Shown here piece after piece: positions 11,059 to 25,239 of a stretch of 64,000 bases of DNA (position 1 is the stretch's first letter; the number at the start of each line of letters is the position of its first letter). This DNA comes from Azolla caroliniana. Taxonomy: Eukaryota; Plantae; Polypodiophyta. Location: NCBI GenBank assembly GCA_043228905.1, contig JBHGNT010000022.1, positions 4,278,001 to 4,342,000 of the forward strand, given 5' to 3'. A model generated the notes under the pieces. It saw only the letters and a list, made by a program, of their open reading frames with translations. It was not told the origin of the DNA and did not search any database. Both the position numbers and the translations under genes were made by a program.

Positions 11059-13690
11059 GTGTGTCACACGCCACACGACAATGTACACAGGGGTTTACGA
11101 GTTATCAAGCGAGAGCATGCAGAACACGCAGGCGCACCCATCTTACCACAACCTACCGACTCCGAAGACGACATGGAATGCATGGTACTCTCTGAAGCGG
11201 CTAAGAAATGGCTGAAGCAACACAGTCTCGAAGGATTCTTGAGGATAGTTGAAGCACCGCCGCCCGGAGATGCGGAAAATGTCGTTAACGACATCGACAC
11301 GGTGGTCATCACCGAGGAAGCCATCCGAGCCATGACCGGCCTACCGGAAGGGGGGGATCTACTCGATCGACAACCCTTCGCAGGATCTGTTGACGAGGTA
11401 TTTTGGGGAATACTCCCTAGGCAGCAAGGCGTACCGCATGCAAGGCGGTGAAGACCTTTGTTTCGGGAAATTGCTCGGGTACTCCACGAGTATGGCAATG
11501 TATACCCCCGACCACTGGCGATGCCTAGGAATAGTGCCGGTTTGATGATAGCTACCTACGAGGGAGTACAGGTGGATTGGGCGGTAATGATCGCCGACGG
11601 CCTGAGCGTTGCCATCATTTCAATAAAAGATGGCGAAAAGATGTGGACATTAGTGGCGCAATGGCTCACTCTGTTAGCACCGCTGGTGGAGCCCATGAAA
11701 CAAAGGAAGAAGGGAAGACCGATAGAATCGACCCCCAAAACAGCTTCAAAACGGTAGCAACTCCTGGCTACCCACGCGAAGAAACGACCGAATCGGAAGC
11801 GGGTGGCAGAGAAGGAGGCATCAGTGGACACCTTGGGGAGACCTTTGAAAATCACGCTGCACTTGATGTAACAACAAGTAGAACAACAACCAGAGAAAAC
11901 GCAAGGGTATGACCCCTTGGCGTTAATCAACAGCAATACCCTAGAGGAAGAATAGCAGGAAGACAAGCCTACGGAGACATTGTTACGTCATTGCCAGACA
12001 AGTGAAAAGGGCCACGAAGGGGGAACATCAAGGCCAATGGAGGATATTATACTAGAAGCCCTCCCTGAGGAGCTGCAGCGTAGGAAGGTGGCAGAACTGG
12101 CTCAACAAGAATCGGGGACGGAGCATTTGGTGCGGCAGGAGATCGCGAAACTAGCAGTCCAGGACACGGCAGTACCGGTGAATCAAGAACCGGTCATTGA
12201 ATTGCCGGTGTCGCTGCCGCAACAACAATAGCTCGAACCGGAACGACCGCTCGACATAACCATCCATAATAGACTCTTGGCCAGTGAAGAAGCTATCCCA
12301 CGACCAGAACCGGCACGACAACAAGGCACCGGCAGTTAATGGCTACAGTGGATATCAGAACAAGTGGCCGTGTCATCTGCCCGTTAGAAGCGGAAGAGAA
12401 AGCGCCGGAAAACCGGTTGCTAGCCAGAACCGAGGAATTAGAGATGGCCCAATCAAGAATCCGGAGCATGGAGGAAGACATAGAGAAGGCCAGATTAGAA
12501 ATGGCCAAGTTGGTCATAGAAGGACCATAGAAATCGGAACCGGTGGCTCCAGTAACTTTACAGAACAATCAGACCCCCATGATTGAGGCAGGCCCGGATA
12601 CTCATAAAACGTCACCACATTAAGGGAAGACCTAGCAACACAAGAAGCTTTACGAGCCAGGGAACGAGAATTGAAAAACGCGGCGGAGGAGGAAGAAAGG
12701 AGGACGGCCGACAGCCTTCGCCGAACAGAGGAAAGCTTGAGAAGAGGTCATCAAGCGTATGACCGGCTGAAAGAAGAAAAAGAAAAACTCCTGCAAGAAA
12801 AAGAGAAACTCTGATGGACGGCAGAAGGGGAGATTGAGCGCCTCAAAGAAGAGCTCCAACAAATAAAAGACCGTGAGGACCGTGCTCGCTAGCTTATCAA
12901 TCAAAAGCTAAAACAGAAAACCGAGGACTTCGACCGACTGCACCAAGATTATAAGCATTTGGATGCTGATCATAAGAAATTGATTACTGAAAGTGACTGG
13001 CAGCAGGAAAAGTGCAGGGAACTCTGGCAGGAAATTAACCGGATAATGGCGACATTGATGGATGAGCAGTCGAAGGGAGCCGAAGCAGCTAAACAATTGG
13101 AGGAAGCAGCGAAAGAGCGACTAGACCTGCAAGTGAAGCACCATGCGGAAACAGAGTGCGCTACAATGACTCCGAACAGAGTTTAGACGACCTATCAGAC
13201 CCAACTCATGCACTACAGAAGCCAAGAAGTGGCAACCGCGAACCTGATCAAACAATTGAAGGACGAAAAACAGGCCGTGGAGAACAAGTCGAAGATGGGG
13301 TTGGGGCGGATCCGGGATATCGTACTGGCATGGAGGAATCGAACGAAGCAACTAGTGGAACAAAGCTCAGTACAGTGGTGGTGTAAGTGCGCTAAGCAGG
13401 CAATGGAGCTACAGTTGTTGCGGCCAGATGCGGAAAACCGGCGGAAAGAGGGCGACGAAGTTTACATCCTGGATAAAGAAAGCATCAAAGCGATAAAGGA
13501 AGAACTGTGGGATGATTTCATATGCTTAGCTGATGAGCAGAGGGTGGTGGTATGCCAGTTGGTGGCACAGCTGGATGATGACCAAATGGACAAGCAACTC
13601 CGTTTTGAAAAGTACGAAAACGCAGGGGCAGTACCCCTTGGCGGCGTTAATCAACAACGAGACCCTAGAAGAAGAACAACGGGAAGATGA
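11059..13690 (+). pseudogene. Retroelement accessory ORF (helical domain with VDWA motif plus long coiled coil), disrupted
   Basis: Successive Glu/Lys-rich ORF fragments separated by stops and frameshifts. About 1.7 kb is duplicated at 13621-15332 plus 40722-41310. Confidence 0.55.
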
Positions 13691-13979
13691 GCCGACCGAG
13701 ACGTTGCTACAGTGTCGCTAGATGAGGGGGGACGTCAAGGCTAACAGAGGACAGTTTACAAGAATCCCTCCCTGAGGAGCCGCAACCTAGGAAGGCGGTA
13801 GAACTGGCTCAACTAGAATCGGGGACGGAGCAAGTGCGGCAGTAGGACATCGCGAAACCTGCGGTCCAGGACACGACGGTACTGGTGAATCAGGAACCGG
13901 TCATTGAATTGCCGGCATCACCATTCCAACAACAATAGCAGAACCGGAGCGGCCATGTGATGTAACCGTCAATAGTAGG

Positions 13980-14606
13980 TGTTAGGAAACAAGTCCCTCC
14001 GGATGGGAAGTGAGAAGAACAGTGTTGATGAGCAACTCAGTCGAGGCCGAATCCGGATGTGGAGTACCCGGCAACGGAAGACCCGGTGAGAACCGGATGT
14101 TGCAGGCCCGGTGAGAACTTCTCACCGGATGAAGGGACATATATGTAAATATGTTCCAGAGAGCCCATTGGGGCTATATTTGTAAATAGCCCGAAAGTCA
14201 TATTAGTATAAATATGACCTAGGGCAAACTTAATAGTCATGATGTAGAGTTGGTTGTGTGATTATTGTTGTGGCGATAATTCTGAGCGTAACCGTATACA
14301 CAAAGAGAGAGAGAGGACAAGAGAGGAAGAGGTTGTTGCCTCTATTGTAACCGCCTGGTGGCGAAGCAAGGGAGCAAGAGGTCGTTGCCTCTGTGCCCCA
14401 TTGTTGTAATCTTGATATAGTGATATTTTGTAGTCTGAGGGCTGCCGTGGTTTTTCCCATATTTGGGTTTTCCACGTTAACATCCAGTGCACTCTCTTCT
14501 TTATAGTTTCGTGTGTAGATACATCTCTCCACATCCCTGTTTTTCTGTGGTTGATCCGACAACTCGGTTGTGGCCGAGCATAGCGTAGGGGAGCACATTC
14601 CCGTCA
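13980..14606 (+). mobile_element. Solo LTR related to the Copia D LTR
   Basis: TGTTAGGAAAC...CCCGTCA with 5-bp TSD GTAGG (13975-79, 14607-11). The start matches the reverse complement of the 61128 LTR end. Confidence 0.9.
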
Positions 14607-15461
14607 GTAGGCTCATGACCAGTGAAAATGCCATCCCACGACCATAACCGGCATGACCATAAGGCACCGGTAGTTGATGGCTCAGATGGGTAGCAGAACA
14701 AGTGATTGGTGTTGTCGACCAGTTAGAAGCGGAAGAGAAAGCGCAGGAAGCCCGATTACTATCCACAACCGAGGAATTAGAGATGGCCTGGTCAAGAATC
14801 CGGCGCATGGAAGAAGACATAGAGAAGGCCAGAGCGGAAATGGCCAAGTTGGTCATAGAAGGACCACAACAATCGGAACCGATGGCTCCGGTAACTCTAT
14901 AGAACGATCAAACCCCGGTGATGGCGGCAGGCCCAGATACGCATAAATCGTCAGCACAGGAGCTCGCCACACTAACGGAAGACTTGGCAGCACAAGAAGC
15001 TTTACGAGCCAGGGGACGAGAATTGAAAAAAGCGGTGGAGGAGGAACAAAGAAGAACGTCCAACAGCCTTCGCCGAACAGAGGAAAGCCTGAGAAGAGGT
15101 CATCAAGCGTATGATGGGCTGAAAGAAGAGAAAGACAAACTCCTGCAATAAAAAGAGAAAATCTGGAGGACGGCGGAAGTGGAGATTGAGCGCCTCAAAG
15201 AAGGGCTCCGACAACAAAAAGATCGTGAGGACCGCACTCACCGGCTTATCAATCAAAAGCTCAAATAGAAAACCGACGACTTCGACCCACTGCACCAGGA
15301 TTATAAGCATTTGGATGCCGATCATAAGAAATTGTAAAGAATCAAGAGATGGATTCTGTGCAGTGGAATAGATATGAATTGTGCGTGTATGAGAGAGAGA
15401 GAGTGAGTGAGAGAGATGAGGAGTAAGACACAGAGAATACGCAAGGTAAAAGTATATTAAC

Positions 15462-18400
15462 TGAAAAGAATGGCGTGCGGAAGCAATATAGGAAACCGAA
15501 CAACAGAAAACGCAGGTTTAATGGAAAGCTTAGGTTTGCATAGTACACACGGGAGAGACAGAGAGAGAGAGTAAAACACCAGAACTTAATTCAAAATAAT
15601 ACTCAATCTGTATATCGTGTGTGTTCAATGAACACTTTTATACAAGTCGCTTTCGGACTGACCGAAGTACTGATAGTACTTCAATGCTCATTGAGGAGCC
15701 CCTACACTAACTCCCAAATATATTCTTTGCAGAATATCTTTCTGATGGCCTCTCGGTTTCCGCACCGATCTGGCCTTCCTACGCACCAGTCTACGTACCG
15801 GTTTCCAACCGATCTGGCCTAACCGATTGGTCCCAACCGATCTGGTCCTCGGCTTGCTCAGCCGATCCGGCCGATGTTGAGCTTGTCTCTCAACACTGCC
15901 CCTCAAGCTCAACTTGAGGCTCTTCGGGATCTTCCGGATCACCGCTCTGGTTCCTCCTGACTCCACGGCTCGCTCGCGCTCCTCAGCCTGTTCGACTCCG
16001 CGCGCTTCGACCCTTCTGGTTGGCTTGTCTGCTCCCACGGCCCTTCACAGCTCCCTCGCTGTCATAGTGTTGGTGCTTCTCTTGTTGCCTTCTTTTTCGC
16101 TTGGCCCTCGGTTGATTCAGTGTATCCGAATCAAACATCCGAACCGACTTGGCTACCTCTGATCGGTTTTCGCTCTCGTCCGAGTTGGCTGTCTCCAGCT
16201 CGTCTTCGGTCTTGTCGCCCTTGACGGCGTCATCTCCCCCATGGTTGATTGGCTTTGGCTCTTTCTTTCAGCTGCTCCCCTTATGTCTGCTTTTGGACTC
16301 TTCCGCAGATCCGCCCTTGGCTTCTTCAGCCGATCCGAAGTCGAATTCATCATCCGACTCAGTGTCGCGGTCTTCGTCTTCCGAAACTTCTCTCTCTCTT
16401 CTGTGGTCATTCGGGACGTCTCTCTCCCTCAAGTTCGGCACGTCGAGGTGACGCAACCCGAGCGTACCCAAGAATTGCCGCAACTTGTCCAGACCAAGAT
16501 GCTTGGTGAAGATGTCGGCAGTCTGCCGATCCGTCGGAACATACTGAAGTTCGACTTCACCAGAAAAGACATGCTCACGGACAAAATGGTAGTGCACCTC
16601 AATGTGCTTGGTCCGTGCGTGGAAGACCGGGTTCTTCGCGAGCTAGATGCTGTTGAGGTTGTCGCAGTAGATTGTCGTCGGATCGGACACCTCCTCTTGC
16701 AGGTCCTTATGTAGCTGCTTCAACCATATGGCTTCGCATGTCGCGACAGCCGCTCCGTGGTACTCAGCTTCGGTGCTCCACAATGCAACTGTCGGCTGCT
16801 TCTTACTTCTCCACGCTATCGCGGCACTCCCAAGAGAGAAAGCGTATCCGGACGTGGATCGGCGATTGGCGGCGTTGCCAGCCCAATCAACATCAGTGTA
16901 GCTGATCAATTGCGAGACTGTACCGGTCCGATATAGCAGTCCCCGGTTCTTAGTGCTGCTTACGTACCGGAGTATGCGTTGTGCGCACTGAAGGTGTTCC
17001 TCGGTAGGTCGCACCATGAACTGATTGATCACCCTGACCGGATAACTGAGATGGGGTCGGGTGATTGTCAAGTAGATAAGGCTTCCGACAATTTGTCGGA
17101 ACCTCGTCTGGTCGCATACCTTTCCGGAATTGGGGCGAAGTTTGACGATTCTATGCAACGGAGTCGAGACGGACTTACAGTCGGCCATCCCGAATTTGAA
17201 GAGCATTCTCAGCACATAATGGTGTTGGCTGATCAATATGCCTTCGGGGGTACGTATCACTTCGATCCCGAGGAAGTAATGAAGATCCCCCAGATCCTTC
17301 TTGTCGAGCGGTTGATTTCACCTAGGTCGGCGCTGGTGATGACCAAGTCATCAACATATAGCAAAATACTGACCAGACCGAGTCGAACTTTTCGGATGAA
17401 CAAGGAAGAGTCCGATTTTGACGTTGCAAAGCCCATCCGACGCAGTTGCTGCATGATCTTTGCGTTCCAGGCACGCAGGGCATGCTTCAGTCCGTAAAGG
17501 GACTTCTTCAATCGGCACACCGCCGACGTGTTTGTTCCGGAGTGAAATCCAGGGGGTTGTACCATGTACACCTGTTCCTCAAGCTCACCTTGTAGGAACA
17601 CATTCTTTACATCCATCTGATGTAAGTGCCACTCCTTTGCCGCAGCTACCACGAGCAAGACATAGACGATCGTCATCTTCGCGACCGGTGCAAACGTCTC
17701 ATCGTAGTCAATGCCATGTTTCTACGCATAGCCTTTTGCCATTAACTGGGCCTTGTATCGGTTGACCGAGCCGTCTATGTTGTACTGGACCTTGTACACC
17801 CACCTACATCCGATCGGCTTCACACCCTTCGGTGCGTCAACCAGGTCCCAGGTCTCATTTTCCGCCAATGCGTGCATCTCTTCCTCTATCACGGTGCGCC
17901 AATTCACGTCCTTAGCCGCTTCTACGTAGCTCTCCAGCTCACGCACTTCCGCTACACGGGTCATTTACGCATAATGATGCGCCATGTACTCGTTGTATCC
18001 GAACCATACAACTAGGTTCTTCTAGCGGGTAGATCGGCGTAATCGGTCAAGACTAACATTTTGTGCCGGCCCCCACACATCAGAATGTATCAAGTCGAGC
18101 TTGTTCCGCCTCTGGTTACGCTCATTTGGGAAGGGAAGTCAGTGTGGCTTCCCAAGCTGGCAGGCTTCACAAATTTGTGCCTTCCGGCCACTAAATTTGG
18201 GAAATCTGAACACCACCTGTTTCGATTGCAGGTCTTGAAGCCGCTGGTAGTTGACGTGGCCTATCCTCTTGTGCCATAAGTCGATGTCTGACTCGACTTT
18301 TTGTCCCTTCGCGAGCAATAACACGGCCTCTACGCTCTTGCGCAATAACACGGCCTTCTTCCTCAATGAAGCACCCGAGATGCGTAAACCGAACATGCAT

Positions 18401-20138
18401 CCCCTGGTCGACGATCTGCCCGCCGACACCAAGTTCTTTGTGATTGTCGGGACGTGTAACACATTCACGAGTTTCCCTTTCTGCCCGACATGGCTCAGGG
18501 GAACTTCACCGACATTCGTGATCGGATGCGGAGTGTCTTCTCCAGTTGCGTCGGTTTCTCAAGGTATGAGAACCACTCCTCGTGGCATGTCATGTGGTTT
18601 GACGCGCCGGAGTTGACGTACCACACCTCCTCCGACTTCGGGGTGATCTTCTTCATTGAGTTTGCTTCGTGTCTCATCACGAAAACTGACCCTTTTCCGG
18701 CTTCTCCGGATCCTTCGACATAGTGCGATCGTTGCCGATTTCCTTTGTCAGTCTGTCCAGAACCTGTTCCGGACCCAGTTCTCTCCGAATCGGCACGCTT
18801 CTTCCAGCACTCACTCTCCTTGTCGCCTTTCTTGCCACAGTACCAGCATTCTGCGGTGGATTTCCCTTGCCGGTTCTCGTTGCCTCGACTCCCCCTGTTT
18901 CTAGAGGGTCCGGAATTGCTATCAGCATCATTTCGGTGCCTTCTTCCTTGATCCCGTCGGCCGCCTCCATTGCGTACCGACTCGTCTCGTCTGCCATGAC
19001 CACGGGGCCTATCTCCCTCTGTGTACAACATCTTGCTGTCGGCATGCGTGCTTGTCAACACACCCGCGTGGTTCTCCTCTATAAGGAGCATCGACTGTAA
19101 GTCAAAAAACGACGGCGTATTCTCCCGTGTACACACAGCAGTTCAAAACGCTTCGAATTTTGATGCCAAACCCCCGAGACAGACCTGGACCATCTCTCTT
19201 TCCTCGATATTCACATCGATGGAAGCTAAGGAGTCACATATGTCCTTGATCTTCAAGGTATAGTCAACCACCGACATATCGCGTTGTCGTAGGTTGCTCA
19301 ACTCCTGTCGGAGCTGAAGCTTCCTTGTTATGGTGCTCGCGGCGAAGATCTTCTTCAGATTTTCCCATGCACCCTTCAATGTTTTTGTATCCCAAACATA
19401 GCTTAATAGTTATTCGCCCACACAAGACGCGAAACAGTACAACACTCTGCTCGCCAATTGTTCCCACGCCGGGAAGTCTTTGTGTGTCGAATAAGGTGCT
19501 GTGTCATTTGCTCCATCGACATAGCTCCAGTAACCATGTCCGAGCAGGTACTGGTGCATCTTGTAGGACCAAGATGCGTAGTTGGTTCTGTCGAGCTTCT
19601 CCGTCGGAAGCGAGCTAGCCATTCCTTTGTCCATCGGTTTTCTTGTTCTTCTTCGTTGGTTTTTCCTTCAAGCAAAGTCGACTGCAGAGGTTCTCAACCC
19701 TCGTGCTTTGATACCATGAAAAGAATGGCATGCGGAAGCAATATAGGAAACCGAACAACAGAAAATGCAAGTTTAATTGAAAGCTTAGGTTTGCATAGTA
19801 CACATAGGATAGACAGAGACAGAGAAAGGAAAACACCAGAACTTAATTCAATATAATACTCAATCTGTATATCGTGTGTGTTCAATGAACACTTTTATAC
19901 AAGTCCCTTTCGGACTGACAGAAGTACTGATAGTACTTCAATGCTCATTGAGGAGCCCCTACACTAACTCCCAAATATATTCCTTGCGGAATATGTTTTC
20001 AAGGGCCTCCCGGTTTCCGCACCGATCCGGCCTTCCTACGCACCGGTCTACGTACCGGTTTCCAACCGATCTGGCCTAACCGATCCGGTCCTCGGCTTGC
20101 TCAGCTGATCTGGCCGATGTTGAGCTTGTCTCCGAACA
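15462..20138 (-). mobile_element. Copia LTR retrotransposon B inserted in the 3' LTR of Copia A; integrase core deleted
   Basis: LTRs 15462-15895 and 19717-20138; TSD TTAAC; PBS at 19705-19716. Has gag/CCHC (CWYCGKKGDKESEC), protease WYVNSGAS, GAG-pre-integrase, RT (LYVDD) and RNase H, all frameshifted. Confidence 0.9.
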
Positions 20139-22908
20139 TTAACAAAGGAGAAAGACTCAACGTTATACAAGGTGGGAGGAGGGTGCTTTATATAGTCACC
20201 CTCTCTCTTCATTAACTACAAGACTCATGGAGCATGGGGAATGTGAAAGCTCATAAGTTATGTGTCGTAGAATATGATTCTATGACTCATACTAAATGCT
20301 AGAATACAAAGTGGTGACATGATGGTGACTCTTGACCGTTGGAGTTTCTATTCACTCTCAAGGTGATTTCACACACTAGACCAAGTTGAGCTTGATTCTC
20401 AACACGCCCCCTCAAGCTCAAGTCGGGTCGGTTTCAGACTGTATCCGAAATCCGCTTCGACTCGCGTTCCGGAGTCCGCGTCGACTCGCGTTTATGCAGA
20501 GTTGCGGAATCCGTGCTCCAGCTTGTGTTGTGCGTAGTTGCGAAGTCTGTGCTTCGACTTGCGTCTTTCTTTGCGGCGTTGTGCGGTAGATCGGCTCTTC
20601 GCGGCTTCATTGCGCGGTTGTGGAATCCACACGTTATTGCGTAGTGTTCGGTTGTGGAATCTACACGTTATTGCGTAGTGTTTTCAGTACTCCCCCTCAA
20701 GCTTGGCAATTTAGGGATCGTCAGTCCGAGATCGGTCATGAATTGCCACATCTTGTTGGCTCCTAAGGCTTTAGTGAAGATGTCAGCCGTTTGAAGATTG
20801 GTGCTGATGTGTTGTAGGTCGACATCGTGAGCTAGAACGTGCTCTCGGATGAAGTGATAGTGCACTTCGATGTGCTTTGTCTGCGCGTGGAACACCGGTG
20901 TCCGAGCCAGATAGATACTGCTCATGTTGTCACAATAAAGGGAAGTCAGATCCTTGATGGGTACGCCCAGATCCTTGAGTATCCTTTTGAGCCATACGGC
21001 TTCACATGCGGCCATTGTCACGCTCCTGTATTCCACCTCTGTGCTCGAAAGAGTAACGGTTGGTTGCTTTTTGCTGTTCCAAGATATTGCTCTGTTGCCG
21101 AGGAAGAAAACAAATTCGGAGGTTGATCTTCTATCAGCTTTGTAGTCGGCCCAATCGACGTCTGTGTACCCCTCGAGTCGTATTCGCATCGCGATCTTGT
21201 AGAGGATGCCCCAATCCATTGTGCCGCTCACGTATTGTAGAACTCGCTTAACGCAATCCAAGTGAGTATCACGCGGTGTTTGCATGAATTGACTAACGAA
21301 ACCGACTGGATAACTGAGATCAGGTTGAGTGATCGTGAAGTAGATGAGACTGCCAATGAGTTACCGATACTAAGTCGGCTCACACGCTTTGGTGCCGGAG
21401 TTCGCATCTAGTTTGAGATTGCGATCGAGCGGGGTTGCCGCGGATTTGCACTTAGCCATACCGAACTTGTATAACAAGTTGAGGATGTAGTGTCGTTGAG
21501 AGATCATGATTCCGGCCGGAGTTCGAATTACCTCGATGCCAAGGAAGTCGTGGAGCTCCTTCATGTCCGTCATCTCGAACTTGTCGGAAAGGAGGGATTT
21601 GACCTTATTAATTTCGACGAAATGCTCACCTCCAATGACTAGGTCATCCACATATAAGATGATGACGATTGGACTTGCGGAAGGGTCGAAGCATGCTACG
21701 GTGTACCAACTTTTGGCCAAAAATTTAGTACTAAATCGAGGAAGAAAATAAACATTAAAAATTGAAAATAAAACAATTATCATCTATTGAATGGTGTTCA
21801 ATTTCAAATAACAAATTCATTACGTCACACTCGAATGTACAAAGATAATATACGTCACACTCGAAATGTCCCAAGGCAGTATTTAATACATTAATTGTAA
21901 CTTCATTCTCCTAGGTAGAGTTGTACGAAAGCACACATGGAGAAGGTTTGGAATGTGCTAGTTGGTCAATCTCAGTCTCTCTCAGTCTCTCTCTCTCTTC
22001 TGTCTCGAAGTTGTCAGACAGACAGGCAAAAAGTTAGAAAGACGACACATATCTATTACCTATCTCTCTCTTTCTCTCTCTCACTCCACCTTTGAATCTC
22101 TGTTTCTTTCTTTCTTTCTGTTTCTCTCTCTCACTCCACCTTCGATTCTCTGTTTCCCCGCGTAGTTGTTGTTGTGTTCCCCTCTGTGCCAGGTTCGATC
22201 TCTGTCTCAGTATATGCAGAGATTTCTGTTTCCCCAGATTGATGTTCTTGTTGTTGATTTTCTTTCCTTGTGTATGCTCGTTTGTCTCCTCTGTAGTAGC
22301 CTCGTCAACAACCTCTTGCATATAGGTGATTTTGAAGGCTTGGTGTGCTCCGAAAGTGTGGTACCTTTGCCTTCGACCTTGGCTCCATCTGCCTCCAACT
22401 AGTATGTTATTGTTTTCTCTGTGTTTCCTGTCCGTCTGTTTTTAATTTGTATGTGTATGGGCATTTTTAGGTTTTGATTATTCATAGTCTATGTGTTGCA
22501 TGCCCAACTGGTATGTTTTCATTTTCTCTATGTTTCCTGTCTGTCTATTTTTAATTTGTATGTGTTTGACATGGATGAGTTTTCTTCTGACTATTTAGGG
22601 TTTTTGTGTGTTTGACATGGCTTGTACATGCAATGTGATGATTTGCTATGTGTTGATGGTAATTTGATGAGTTTTATTCTAGTACATGCATATTCATTCA
22701 ACGAGAATAGTGATGACTAGGACAATGACGAGAAGGACACCCATAAAGAAGACATTGATGAAAGAGAAAGTGAAGACACCAGTGAAGGAAGGAAAAAGGA
22801 CACCTATCAAAGAAAGCAAGAAGACACCGGCAAGACAAAGGGTGATGAGTTCATCAACACAGAAAGAAAGAAGAAAGAAAGATGTATTAATGTCTTCTAA
22901 GGCCAAAT

Positions 22909-24175
22909 TTGGCCCATGAGACAATTGGTTTACAACAATAGAGTATTTATCCAGTCATCATAACTAAAAATAAAATTAAGTAAAAAAAAATAGAACTTAA
23001 ACTAAAAGAGTTCTAGTAGTGTACAATATGTAGTATACTCGAAAGTGACTATACACTAAGCCTAATTTTATTTCCACCCAAGCCTCTCGAAAAGAAGTGG
23101 GGGGTCAAAGGGTCTTGATGTGGGTTCCAATGTAGAGAGTGCCCTAGCCATGGCTTCTAGGCGGTGTAGCTCACGTTCCCTTATTTTCAATATTGCTTCC
23201 ACATCACATTGAGTTGTTTTGAAACCCGGCACCCGAGGACGTCTGGTTCTTCTCTGGTTTTCTGCCTCATCAATGGAAAGGCCGAGTGGTGCAAGTGTGT
23301 CGGCATTCGTTGTCTCCTCAGGTTCCTGAAAAACTGCATTTGTTACATGTTCGTGATCATTAGCAACATTATTGTCAACATTTTGTAATTTATTCTCTCT
23401 GTGTTGTTTTAGCTCTAGAATGTATTTGCCTAATTTCTTTATATCTAGAGTATCTAATAGTTTGGGGAGGGTGGGAGACGGACCAAGTATGTCTTGGTAT
23501 TTTGCCCTTATCTCGGCATAGGTTGGACACTTGCATGTAAAGTGGTACTCATCCTCTATCTCTATGTGACATAACCTACATATCCTTTCCTCCCTAGGGA
23601 CTCCACTAGTACGGCCATTTTCAATCTCAAGTTGGTGAGACGATATTCTAAGTTGTCCAATGGCAACCCTTAGTGCATGTGGTAAGAATACATCTAGATA
23701 TTTTGGCTGTGTGATAAAACCTAACTCAGAGAAGTGCATGAAGTGTTTCTTATAGTACGACATTTTAGATGGGAGTGGCTCTAGTGGGGTGATCCATTTA
23801 CACCGAGTGTAAATTTGCCATATTTCTTGGCGTATTACTTTATTGCGGTTCTAATGAGAGATTAAGGTGTTATCACTCGTGTGGTTGTACCTAAGGGGAG
23901 GTAGGTTATTAATGTCTAGACCATTCGCAAGAAGCCAAGTCACCATCAAGCCCCCATCCCGAAGTGCGTGCGTGCGTGCGTGCCTACTTGGGCCAGCATG
24001 CACCTATTCTTTCTTTCTTTATCCTGACCACTCGTCGGTTTACAATGAACTGATTTCGGATTCGGAGGGCTTCCGAGCCGCCTCGGCGGTTAGTACTAAA
24101 AGATCTGGGCGGCGTTAGTCGCCAAGGACTGGCAAAATTACAAAAGGATCTGGGCGGCATTAGTCGCCAAGGACT
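22909..24175 (-). mobile_element. Truncated non-LTR retrotransposon (RT C-terminal region)
   Basis: ORF 23763-23068 LRISSHQLEIENGR..ERICRLC..IEDEYHF..CPTY is a typical LINE ORF2 C-terminus. Flanked by the direct repeat GGCCAAAT (22901-08, 24176-83). Confidence 0.7.
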
Positions 24176-25239
24176 GGCCAAATCAGAATAGCAAAATTCT
24201 GCTTGAAGTCATCGGGAACCTCTCATGTGGATATTCCGGCTACAACACCTGTCCACCAAGTTCAATCTGCAAAGGTACGGGCCACAATGACTGAAAAGAA
24301 TGAACAGATGATGGCCAGTTGCATAGTATCTATGAGCTCAAGAATACAAGCACTACTTGTTGATTTGGAAGCAGTTAAATCAGCTGAGATACAGGTAGAA
24401 AATAAATTCTCTTCATTAAAGACTACATATGAATGGATTGCATCGACAATCCAAAATTCAGAAAGTGAGGTGTTGAAAGAGGAGTTGAAGAAAGAGCTAA
24501 ACAATATGGGCACTCAATTAGGTTCACAGATGAGAGACCTTGATACTTGTAGGAATGCACATTCCGAAATAGATAATAAGTTGTCAGCTTTAAAGTTGCA
24601 TTCCGAGAACCTTGAGTGCTTGATGCAGGATTTAAAACAAAAAGGTTTTGAAACTTTGTGTCCATCTGTAATTGAGCACCCAAGTGGTATGGAAAGTACC
24701 ATTACTAGTATAGCTATATCACGATATTGGCTTTAAAAGTTATTTATTTCTACTTCTGTGGTATAAATATCATATTAGCTAATATATTATAACTTGTGTT
24801 TGCAATCTGCCAGGTGTATATTTTGTGGCCTCGGATTCAAGCTAGAGGCTATGGATGTTGTGATTACACTGTGCTTGCACACATATCATGTGCTATGTGC
24901 TAAGTATCATTTTGAGAAAGAGAATACATGTATGGACTATAAAACTACAATTGCGGCTGAGCGGTACTATGCTTGGGGTTTAAAAGTACACCCGTACGGT
25001 ATGTGGCTCTACTATTCTATTGTTTGTATTATATGATGTCAATTTACATTTGGATTAGAACTAGTGTATGCCACAATTCATACTTCAAATTTAGGAGAAC
25101 AATGGATTAGTATTCGTGTATCTCTAACAACTAATATGTGGAACCCTAATTATGTGGGTTAGTATTGGCAGTACTCTTAATATATAATTGGTATGTGTAG
25201 TTGAAGGGATATTTTCCAGAATTAGTACTAAAAGGGAAC

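Noticed and set aside
24100-24178. Helitron 3' end (hairpin + CTRR)
   Set aside because: Not followed by T, no TC 5' end in an AT site, and the segment is bounded by an 8-bp direct repeat.
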